DNA from: Candidatus Hydrogenedentota bacterium
GTDB taxonomy: Bacteria; Hydrogenedentota; Hydrogenedentia; Hydrogenedentales; SLHB01
Reading direction: 5' to 3'
Assembly (NCBI GenBank): GCA_034408725.1
Contig: JAWXCN010000139.1
Location: 1-23,892 of the forward strand
Length of the DNA: 23,892 bases
Shown: piece by piece, positions 17,199-23,892 of the stretch
Layout of the letters: every line of letters begins with the position of its first letter
How positions within the stretch are numbered: the first letter of the stretch is position 1
The notes under the pieces: model-generated
The model's database searches: none
What the model was told of the DNA's origin: nothing
The model's input: only the letters and a program-made list of their open reading frames with translations
Program-made: the position numbers and the translations under genes

Positions 17199-18078
17199 GT
17201 TCAGTTTCCGTGTCCTTGGAGGGCGTGTGCTTTATCCGTGATCGGATTTCCCGCGCCAGCGCCGCAAATTCATCCAGACTCAACGTTTGCGGACGGCGAC
17301 CCGGATCAATTCCCGCCGCAACGAAGGCTTCTTCCACAACAAGTTTGTCCGCGCCAAACGCGCCGGTTTTCGTCAGCGAATTGCGAAGCGTCTTGCGGCG
17401 TTGCGAGAAGGCCGCGCGCACGACCTTCATAATGAACTTCGGTTCCAGATCGGGATAAAGAGGTGTGGCGTGCAGTTTGGAACGCAGGATGCAACTGTCG
17501 ACGTTGGGCTGTGGCCGGAAACAGGTTCGCGGCACGGAATGGATGATTTCCGTCTCGCCGTGAACGGCGGAAGCGATGGCAAGCGCGCCGTAGTTTGCGC
17601 TGTTGACGGTAGCAGTCATGCGCTCGGCGACCTCTTCTTGCACCATGACGACGAGCCGATCAAATTGGATCGGCGCTTCCCAAAAATGAAACAGAATCGG
17701 CGTCGTAATGTAATACGGCAGGTTCGACACCATCTTGTACGTGGAACCGCCGGGAAGGAATTCTTCCACCAGTTTTCCGAGGCTATGGTTGAGCACGTCA
17801 CCGCGAAACAGGCGCACGTTCGGCTTGTCGCGAAACTGATCTTCGAGCACCGGCATGAACGCCCGGTCTATTTCAATCGAGAGTACGCGGCCCGCGCGTT
17901 CTGCGAGGTTCGCCGTGAGCGCGCCAAGGCCGGCGCCCACTTCGATGACGTCGTCCTCGGGCGACAAGGCCGCGGCTTCGACCATGATGCGGTTGATGTT
18001 CTCGTCGAGGAGCAGGTTCTGGCCCAACTGCTTCTTGAACGATATTCGGTACTGTTGAACGAGGTCGCGCAGGGCCAT
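17191..18078 (-). CDS. rsmA: 16S rRNA m6,2A1518/1519 dimethyltransferase RsmA/KsgA
   Basis: KKQLGQNLL, VIEVGAGLGALT, IEID, VSNLPYYITTPI, MVQEEVAER, FRPQPNVDS, FSQRRKTLRNSL. Confidence 0.97.
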   Translation of the reverse strand: MALRDLVQQYRISFKKQLGQNLLLDENINRIMVEAAALSPEDDVIEVGAGLGALTANLAERAGRVLSIEIDRAFMPVLEDQFRDKPNVRLFRGDVLNHSLGKLVEEFLPGGSTYKMVSNLPYYITTPILFHFWEAPIQFDRLVVMVQEEVAERMTATVNSANYGALAIASAVHGETEIIHSVPRTCFRPQPNVDSCILRSKLHATPLYPDLEPKFIMKVVRAAFSQRRKTLRNSLTKTGAFGADKLVVEEAFVAAGIDPGRRPQTLSLDEFAALAREIRSRIKHTPSKDTETEHA

Positions 18079-18122
18079 TTATGCGACCTTTTCCGTTGAA
18101 GTGAATGTGTCCATCGCCGCGC

Positions 18123-18152
18123 ATTGTAACAGCGGCGGCGCGCCACGGCCAA
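18123..18152 (-). promoter_or_regulatory. Putative rsmA promoter (extended -10)
   Basis: Minus strand TTGGCC, 18 nt ending in TGT, then TACAAT. Confidence 0.5.
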
Positions 18153-18164
18153 TGGGGGCGTCCG

Positions 18165-18193
18165 TTGACCACTATCCCCGCCATTGCTATGAT
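18165..18193 (+). promoter_or_regulatory. Sigma70-like promoter of the cyclase gene
   Basis: TTGACC, 17 nt ending in TGC, then TATGAT. This supports the start at 18222 rather than 18105. Confidence 0.7.
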
Positions 18194-18221
18194 CACGCCG
18201 CGCTCACCCCGGAAGGCATTC

Positions 18222-19853
18222 ATGGATCAGCTCATCGTCGAACAGCAAGGATTGGCGCCCATCACGGTCCCGATGTTTCAGCCCGTGGTCCATTTGGGCC
18301 GTGCTGATGACAATAACGTGGTACTCGTGGTGGACGAGGTGTCGCGACATCACGCGAAAGTCCTGCGCCGTGGCGATCAGGTGGTGCTGATGGACCTGAA
18401 CAGCACCAACGGCTCGTACGTGAACCGGCAGCGGATTGTCGAGCGCGTACTTGCCCATATGGACGAAATCTGGCTGGGTAGCAAGTGCCGCATTGTTTTT
18501 CGCACCGACGGACCGGAGCTTCAACGTCCTGATCCGGCGCGCGAATCGGCCGTTGTCCAGGACCTCCAGCGCATCCGGCAGGAAATGGAAACGCTCGAAC
18601 GCAGTATGACGATGATCGGGCGCAGCGGCGCTACGCCGGCCCCGCGCGCGGGTCAAAAGCCGCCTGGCTCATCCGAAGCGGACCTGTTGCGGATGAGCAA
18701 GGCGTTTCGCAGGTTGTCCGCGTTGTACCAGGCCAGCAAACTGATCGCGTCGGACTTTGATCTTAACAAGCGGCTCGCGGCGGTGCTGGACACGGCGATC
18801 GACGTACTCGGAGCGCAACGCGGCTTTATCATGCTTCGCGACGAAGCGACCAGCAGCCTTAAAGTCAGCGTTGCCCGGGAAATGGCGCAGGACCTTCAGG
18901 CGAGTTCACCGAGCATGGGCATTGCCGGGAGATCGGCTATTGACGGAGAACCGGTGCTCATGGCGGACCGCGACAGTGACGCGCAGTTTGGCGGGCGTGA
19001 AAGCATCATCCGGCAGCAGATTCGGAGTGCGATGTGCGTGCCGCTCCAGGTGGAAGACCGGATACTGGGATCCATCTACGTGGACACCCGCAGCACGGAA
19101 GTCGCGTTCACGCAGGAAGACCTCGAACTGTTTCTATCGCTTGCCGCCCAGTCCGCTATGGCGATTGACAATGTGCGGTTGTACGAGCGCATGGTTGAGG
19201 CAGAAAAAAAACGCGCCAGCCTTGGCCGGTTTCTGTCACCCAGCATCGTCGAAGAGATCATGAAACAGGACACCGAGCTTGAACTGGGTGGCAACAAACT
19301 CACGGTGACCACGATGTTCTGCGACGTGCGCGGATTCACCCCCATCGCCGAACGCATTTCACCGCATGATCTCGTGGACATGCTGAACGAACACTTCACC
19401 GCAATGACGGCCATCATCTTCGGTCTCGAAGGGACACTGGACAAATATATCGGCGACGAGATCATGGCAGTGTTCGGATCGCCGGTGACGAAGGGTGAAG
19501 ACGCGCTGCGTTGCGTAAAGGCCGCGCTGCTCATGATTGCGACGAACCACGAACTGAATGTAAAGCGGACTGCTGAAGGCCGGCCCGCGTTCGAGCTGGG
19601 GATTGGCATTGCAACGGGCGAAGCCGTTGCCGGTTTTATTGGTTCGCCGGACCGGATGGAGTTTACCGTCATCGGGGATCGCGTCAATACCGCGCGGCGT
19701 TTGTGCTCGATCGCGGAACCGGGTCAGTTAATCATCTGCGACACTACCCACGCCGAGGTGAGGGAATTTGTAAAAGCCAAACCCATTGGCACTGTCATGT
19801 TGAAAGGCAAGGAAGAGCCGGTCCACGCCTACGAAGTTGAATCGCTGGTTTGA
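18222..19853 (+). CDS. FHA-GAF-class III adenylate cyclase
   Basis: FHA motifs LGRADDN, VSRHHA, DLNSTNGSYVN; GAF IRSAMCVPL...GSIYVD; cyclase MFCDVRGFT, LDKYIGDEIMAVFG (Lys indicates ATP specificity), EFTVIGDRVNTARRL. Confidence 0.93.
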   Translation: MDQLIVEQQGLAPITVPMFQPVVHLGRADDNNVVLVVDEVSRHHAKVLRRGDQVVLMDLNSTNGSYVNRQRIVERVLAHMDEIWLGSKCRIVFRTDGPELQRPDPARESAVVQDLQRIRQEMETLERSMTMIGRSGATPAPRAGQKPPGSSEADLLRMSKAFRRLSALYQASKLIASDFDLNKRLAAVLDTAIDVLGAQRGFIMLRDEATSSLKVSVAREMAQDLQASSPSMGIAGRSAIDGEPVLMADRDSDAQFGGRESIIRQQIRSAMCVPLQVEDRILGSIYVDTRSTEVAFTQEDLELFLSLAAQSAMAIDNVRLYERMVEAEKKRASLGRFLSPSIVEEIMKQDTELELGGNKLTVTTMFCDVRGFTPIAERISPHDLVDMLNEHFTAMTAIIFGLEGTLDKYIGDEIMAVFGSPVTKGEDALRCVKAALLMIATNHELNVKRTAEGRPAFELGIGIATGEAVAGFIGSPDRMEFTVIGDRVNTARRLCSIAEPGQLIICDTTHAEVREFVKAKPIGTVMLKGKEEPVHAYEVESLV

Positions 19854-19857
19854 GCCG

Positions 19858-20403
19858 CTACCCGTTCAACAAGACAAGTTTCACGATTATCGCCACCAAT
19901 ACCGCAGCGGCAAGGACCAGCCCAATCTGAGGCCCCCATACCAAAAGCGGATTCGGAGCGGAATTGGGCGCCGCTGCCGCTATGTCCGCGGGAATATCAA
20001 TCACCGCGGGATCGGCGTCGCGAAGGCGCTCTTCCAGTTCGAGCGCCTTGTTCCGCGCACGCTCCGCGAGATCGTACTCGAGCTTGGGAATACGTTGCCC
20101 GCCGACCGTCCGGAACTGGCGATCCAGTTCCGCCTGCAACGCTTCCCGCACGATTTTTTGGGTTGACGGCGTCAAGGTGACATCCCCGCGCATCACCTGC
20201 GTGACGGCGCCAACCGTAATAGCGCCGGCGCCATCAAGTAGAATGGGACGAAGCTTGTACACACGCGGACTCTCATTGTTGTCAGTCCGTTCGGCATAAT
20301 ACGAAGTGCCAGCATCGTTCAAACGCACTTCATAGACGTTTCGATCATCGATTTGATTGGCCTGCGCCAGAAATGGCAAGAATAAAATGGAAACGAGTAA
20401 CAC
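19858..20403 (-). CDS. Hypothetical exported protein with C-terminal membrane anchor
   Basis: Hydrophobic N-terminus ending in AQA; C-terminal IGLVLAAAVLVAIIVKLVLL; AAGGGAG SD before the GTG. The start is uncertain. Confidence 0.65.
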   Translation of the reverse strand: MLLVSILFLPFLAQANQIDDRNVYEVRLNDAGTSYYAERTDNNESPRVYKLRPILLDGAGAITVGAVTQVMRGDVTLTPSTQKIVREALQAELDRQFRTVGGQRIPKLEYDLAERARNKALELEERLRDADPAVIDIPADIAAAAPNSAPNPLLVWGPQIGLVLAAAVLVAIIVKLVLLNG

Positions 20404-20474
20404 GCCGATGAACTCCCTTCACATTCACAATGGTATCCGACGCGGCCACGCACGGCAACACTCCCGCCTTTCCA

Positions 20475-20563
20475 CGTGGACTGTCACCGCGGGGACTGTC
20501 GCCGGCATCGCGTTTTGGGTCCCGGTGGCTGTCCCCATCGCGCCGGAACCTGTCTCCCTCGCG
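20475..20563. repeat. Four degenerate copies of CG-N4-5-CTGTC-N-CC in a divergent intergenic region
   Basis: cgtggactgtcacc, cggggactgtcgcc, cggtggctgtcccc, cggaacctgtctcc. Confidence 0.5.
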
Positions 20564-20613
20564 ACGGCACACCTGCAACAAGAATATGGTCCAAACACTC
20601 TGGGTCCGCGCGC

Positions 20614-21216
20614 ATGAACGCCATTCCAGACTGGCTTCCCCCGCTCCTCTGCGCCATTATAGGAACTGCGATCGTCCTCGTACTGACCAAACGCGCACGC
20701 GCTGCAGAAGGTAAGAATTACCAGGCCGTCCATGCGCGGAACACGGTTGAGCTTTCGTGTTCAAACTGCCAGAAGCAAATGGTCGTGACGGCGGCCGAGC
20801 TGCAACCGCTGCAATCCGTGGAAATAGGGTTGTCCGTGCGCGATAACCCATCGTTGGCCGGCCGGAAATTGGCTGAATACACGTGTCCCTACTGTGACGC
20901 GATCCACTGTTTTACCGTTGACAAACGGACGCCGGAATGGGTGGGTGCCAACTTGTATTCACCTCAAACCAAAGGTACGCGCTGCCTCAATTGCAGCAAG
21001 CCGCTTCGCACCGCGCCCTGGGGTGAGGGGGCGTATAATAAGCGATTGAACGAAGCGCCGTTGCAACCGGACTATGGTTTGCAATGTTCCAGGTGCAACG
21101 CCGTTGTGTGCGTTCAATGCACCATCGACGCCACGCGAAACCGGACGAAGGACGGCTCGTTTATTTGTCCCCGTTGCTTCCGCTCGCCCGTCGACCGCAC
21201 CTATCATCCCGTCTAA
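20614..21216 (+). CDS. Membrane-anchored multi-zinc-finger protein (6 CxxC)
   Basis: TM segment LLCAIIGTAIVLVLT followed by KRAR; CSNC, CPYC, CLNC, CSRC, CVQC, CPRC. Start chosen at ATG 20614. Confidence 0.8.
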   Translation: MNAIPDWLPPLLCAIIGTAIVLVLTKRARAAEGKNYQAVHARNTVELSCSNCQKQMVVTAAELQPLQSVEIGLSVRDNPSLAGRKLAEYTCPYCDAIHCFTVDKRTPEWVGANLYSPQTKGTRCLNCSKPLRTAPWGEGAYNKRLNEAPLQPDYGLQCSRCNAVVCVQCTIDATRNRTKDGSFICPRCFRSPVDRTYHPV

Positions 21217-21292
21217 CGAAGCCCTATACAGGAACTTTTCCACGGATTCGGGTATTGTCTTCGAGGGGCGAGCGCATATCGAAAGGGCATAC

Positions 21293-22366
21293 ATGGTATT
21301 TCGCTTCATAAGTTTGCTCAGTGCGTCGTGTCTATTGATTGCGGCTTGCGCGTCGGATTCAACGGCGGACGCCACGACCGCACCGGCCACAGCTGAAGCC
21401 GCAATACCGGGAGTTGCATCGCCGGCTGACGCGAACGAGGTATTCCGGCCAGCCACCGCGGCAGAATCCTCAAAAAATAAAACCGCGAAATCAGACCGGG
21501 TAACCATCGAGGCATCGGTCGAAACCCTGGGCAACCTCGTGCGCGCTGTCGGCGAACAGGCTGGCGGCAACGTCGTATTGATGAGTGGTGTCGAAAGCCG
21601 AGTGCTAACTGGAATCGATATTAAGCGCCGGTCTGTAGCGGACAGCGTCGCAATTCTTGCGGCGGGCGGCGGTCTGACTGTAAATGAGAACGCGGAATAT
21701 TTTTTCCTCTTTCCGGATGGCTACGAACAGCTTCTCAGCGTCTCGCTCGCTGGCCGGTTGGACGCGCGCTACGCAAATGTTACCACCGACGCGGCATTTG
21801 GCTCGGGCCTTCCCCTCTTCTCCGTATTTATGTGGATGGGCTATGCGTTGGACATGACCATCATCGGCGATCACTCGATCTCCGACGCGCATAGCGGCGA
21901 GCTCGCGCTCAAGCAGGTATCGCTCGAGACCGCCCTTGAGGCCGTTCTCAAATCCGCGCGCGTCGTATCTCTCGCGACAGACTCGACGCCGGAGTTTATT
22001 TTTCTGGCCGCGCCCGCAAACAAGAATCCGTCATCGCTGCTGCTCGAGGAAGCGTCACTGACCGATGCACAGCGCGATGTTCTCGATAAACAGGTTTCGC
22101 TTGCTTTGCCGCGGCCATTGCGCACCGGCCAGCGCATGGAAATGTCCATGCAACCAAGCAAACTCGGCGACATTTTGCCAACCTTGAGCGAGCAATTGGG
22201 TATTACAGTTGTCGCGGAAAAAGGGCTGCTGGAGTTCCCCGTAAACCCTTTCTATGTACACAAGGCGCGTTTGGGCACGGCGATGGACCTGCTGCTCCGG
22301 CAATGGCTCGAAGCTAACTATGGATACCAGTTGGTGAAGGACCGGATTGTCATTCGCAGAAAATAG
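21293..22366 (+). CDS. Lipoprotein with three putative STN/secretin-N0-like repeats
   Basis: MVFRFISLLSASCLLIAA-C lipobox; Ala/Thr/Pro linker; three ~75-aa repeats. AAAGGG SD before ATG 21293. Confidence 0.7.
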   Translation: MVFRFISLLSASCLLIAACASDSTADATTAPATAEAAIPGVASPADANEVFRPATAAESSKNKTAKSDRVTIEASVETLGNLVRAVGEQAGGNVVLMSGVESRVLTGIDIKRRSVADSVAILAAGGGLTVNENAEYFFLFPDGYEQLLSVSLAGRLDARYANVTTDAAFGSGLPLFSVFMWMGYALDMTIIGDHSISDAHSGELALKQVSLETALEAVLKSARVVSLATDSTPEFIFLAAPANKNPSSLLLEEASLTDAQRDVLDKQVSLALPRPLRTGQRMEMSMQPSKLGDILPTLSEQLGITVVAEKGLLEFPVNPFYVHKARLGTAMDLLLRQWLEANYGYQLVKDRIVIRRK

Positions 22367-22414
22367 CCGCGCGACCACGACGCAGGTTTTGTGTTCCGAA
22401 TGACGGGAAAATAG

Positions 22415-22491
22415 TGGCGTACCCGGAGGGATTCGAACCCCCAACCCCCTGGTCCGTAGCCAGGTACTCTATCCAATTGAGCTACGGGTAC
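22415..22491 (-). tRNA. tRNA-Arg(ACG)
   Basis: GTACCCGTAGCTCAATTGGATAGAGTACCTGGCT-ACG-GACCAGGGGGTTGGGGGTTCGAATCCCTCCGGGTACGCCA; 77 nt, full cloverleaf, encoded CCA. Confidence 0.97.
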
Positions 22492-22513
22492 GACGAAGCG
22501 AAAAGTTGCTCAT

Positions 22514-22543
22514 AGCTTACCATCGAAACGCGCACCGGTGCAA
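22514..22543 (-). promoter_or_regulatory. Putative tRNA promoter
   Basis: Minus strand TTGCAC, 18 nt ending in TGG, then TAAGCT. Confidence 0.45.
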
Positions 22544-22600
22544 CTTGCCAGGGAGTGCTCCAAGTCGCTACGCGCGGCCAATTGACGTCTAGAATCCGCG

Positions 22601-22641
22601 CGGAGCGCCTTGGAGTGCGGCGGCGGGTAAGCTGCTGCTTT
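22601..22641. repeat. REP-like GGAG-prefixed hairpin
   Basis: ggagcgccttGGAG-tGCGGCGGC-gggtaa-GCTGCTGC-ttt (includes G:T pairs). Confidence 0.5.
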
Positions 22642-22647
22642 CCTTTT

Positions 22648-22719
22648 CCTGGGTAAGATTGCTTCGCAAATAAAGCGCGATTACCCTGGGTAAGATTGCT
22701 TCGCAAGTTAAGCGCGATT
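22648..22719. repeat. 37-bp-period tandem duplication
   Basis: cctgggtaagattgcttcgcaaataaagcgcgatt versus cctgggtaagattgcttcgcaagttaagcgcgatt; 33 of 35 positions identical. Confidence 0.9.
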
Positions 22720-22750
22720 GGCTTGTGCGACTTGCGATTCACTCCCAGCC

Positions 22751-23404
22751 TTAGCGTTCGGGCGGCTGAGGCAACCACTCCATCACGTAATCCACCAATG
22801 TGCCCAACTGGACAGCGCCGTTCAGGTCCAAATCTGCGTACACGCGCGTCGGGAGGATGAAACGCTCCGCCATGGGACGCACAGTTGCCGCGTACTGCGC
22901 AGCAATCGACGCTTCGGTACGTCCGCGTTCCTCGGTATCCCTGAGAATACGCCGGGCAAGACAAGTTGCGTCGTCCACGTGCATGAAGATGCGCAAATCC
23001 GCGAGCACGCGCAAATTCCGATCGTGCAATGCGAGAAGGCCTTCAATCATGATTATCGGCGCGGGAACAACCGTCACCGCCCGCGCGCGGCGGCCGTGCG
23101 AAGCAAAGTCGTATTCCGGTGCGTCAACCGGTTCTCCGCGCGCAAGAATTTCTGCGTGTTTTGTTACCAGTTCCCAATCAATCGAATCGGGGTGATCGAA
23201 ATTGTGTGTTGCGCGGGCCTCGAATGGCACGTGCTCCAGATCGCGATAGTACGAATCCAGCGTGATGATGCTGCATGCGCCGGTGGGTAACGCGGTTGCG
23301 ATCGCGCGCGCCAAAGTGGTTTTACCGCTGCACGTGGGTCCGCCGATCAATATGATGCAGGGAGGCGTTTCGCGCGCGTGATCGGGTGTGGCATATAGAG
23401 TCAA
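22751..23404 (-). CDS. udk: Uridine kinase
   Basis: GGPTCSGKTT, LDSYY, NFDHPDSID, PEYDF, IEGL, RRILRDTEERGR. The TTG start at 23404 (GGAG SD) is tentative. Confidence 0.92.
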   Translation of the reverse strand: MTLYATPDHARETPPCIILIGGPTCSGKTTLARAIATALPTGACSIITLDSYYRDLEHVPFEARATHNFDHPDSIDWELVTKHAEILARGEPVDAPEYDFASHGRRARAVTVVPAPIIMIEGLLALHDRNLRVLADLRIFMHVDDATCLARRILRDTEERGRTEASIAAQYAATVRPMAERFILPTRVYADLDLNGAVQLGTLVDYVMEWLPQPPER

Positions 23405-23452
23405 GTCTGCTATACTCCGATGGGTTGGGTTGGGTGAACTCAGGACACGTTC

Positions 23453-23892
23453 ATGACATCTCGTTTGTACGTCATTGCGTGTACGTGTGGCAAGCAGCTT
23501 ATCGTCGATGAGGCGATGCTGGGCAAGACCGGCAAGTGCGCGCATTGCAACGCCAACGTACTCGTTGATCCGGGTTTGGCATTCCCTTATGTCGAAGAAC
23601 CTCCCACCGAAGATGAGCGCCGCGCGCTCGAACGCCTTGCAAACGATGGTGTTCCCGTCGAATGGAAGCCCGGCGACGTCATCGTCGAACTCTATGAAGT
23701 CCAGGGACTGCTTGGCGAAGGCGGCATGGGCAAAGTCTACAAGGTGCTGCATCGCGGCTGGAACATGTCGCTCGCGGTGAAAAGCCCTAAAGCGCGCATC
23801 GTGTTGCGGGCCGACGGTGCGGCGAACTTCGAGCGGGAATGCGAAACCTGGGTAAATCTTGGGCTGCACCCCCACATTGTAAGTTGTTACTA
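23453..23892 (+). CDS. Hanks-type Ser/Thr protein kinase with N-terminal Zn ribbon; 5' part only
   Basis: Missing from the ORF track. Hand translation: MTSRLYVIACTCGKQL...GKCAHCNA...YEVQGLLGEGGMGKVYKV...LAVKSP...FERECETWVNLGLHPHIVSCY. AGGA SD. Confidence 0.92.
   Translation, partial: MTSRLYVIACTCGKQLIVDEAMLGKTGKCAHCNANVLVDPGLAFPYVEEPPTEDERRALERLANDGVPVEWKPGDVIVELYEVQGLLGEGGMGKVYKVLHRGWNMSLAVKSPKARIVLRADGAANFERECETWVNLGLHPHIVSCY

Noticed and set aside
18105..18221. N-terminal extension of the cyclase ORF
   Set aside because: It contains the gene's own promoter (18165-18193); ATG 18222 fits better.
22415..22491. tRNA-Arg as an integration site for the RM locus
   Set aside because: No duplicate of its 3' end or integrase was seen, and housekeeping genes separate it from the RM operon.
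22648..22719. 37-bp repeat as a mini CRISPR array
   Set aside because: Two directly adjacent units with no spacer and no cas genes.
23405..23875. 374-aa long form of udk
   Set aside because: The extra N-terminal 157 codons lie mostly on the antisense of the Ser/Thr kinase gene; Udk motifs begin only below about 23360.

Overview
High-GC bacterial chromosomal window, probably Candidatus Hydrogenedentota. That placement is an inference from a DUF1559 prepilin-like protein carrying '[12 protein letters not shown]...[19 protein letters not shown]'. Left to right: 5' part of lutB (-); an AT-richer RHH-antitoxin/MazF pair (+) whose toxin is frameshifted and which lies antisense between lutC and lutB; lutC (-); AidB-like acyl-CoA dehydrogenase; a degenerate HD-GYP protein; DUF1559 prepilin-like protein; a small lipoprotein; a type I restriction-modification operon (-) hsdM-DUF1016/YhcG-hsdS-[HigA N-terminal fragment]-hsdR; a ~1.08 kb repeat-rich non-coding block; HAD hydrolase; rsmA overlapping an orphan PAS histidine kinase; FHA-GAF-adenylate cyclase; an unknown membrane protein; a membrane-anchored protein with a FYVE/PHD-spaced Cys8 finger; a lipoprotein with three STN-like repeats; tRNA-Arg(ACG); uridine kinase; and the 5' end of a Zn-ribbon Ser/Thr kinase. 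No integrase, transposase or CRISPR array was found. I see no unambiguous complete new system. The best leads are the Cys8-finger/triple-STN gene pair, the GGTACC-bounded HigA mini-cassette inside the RM operon, the antisense TA module inside the lut operon, and the MITE/REP-like structures. All calls come from motif reading by eye; no database searches were run.
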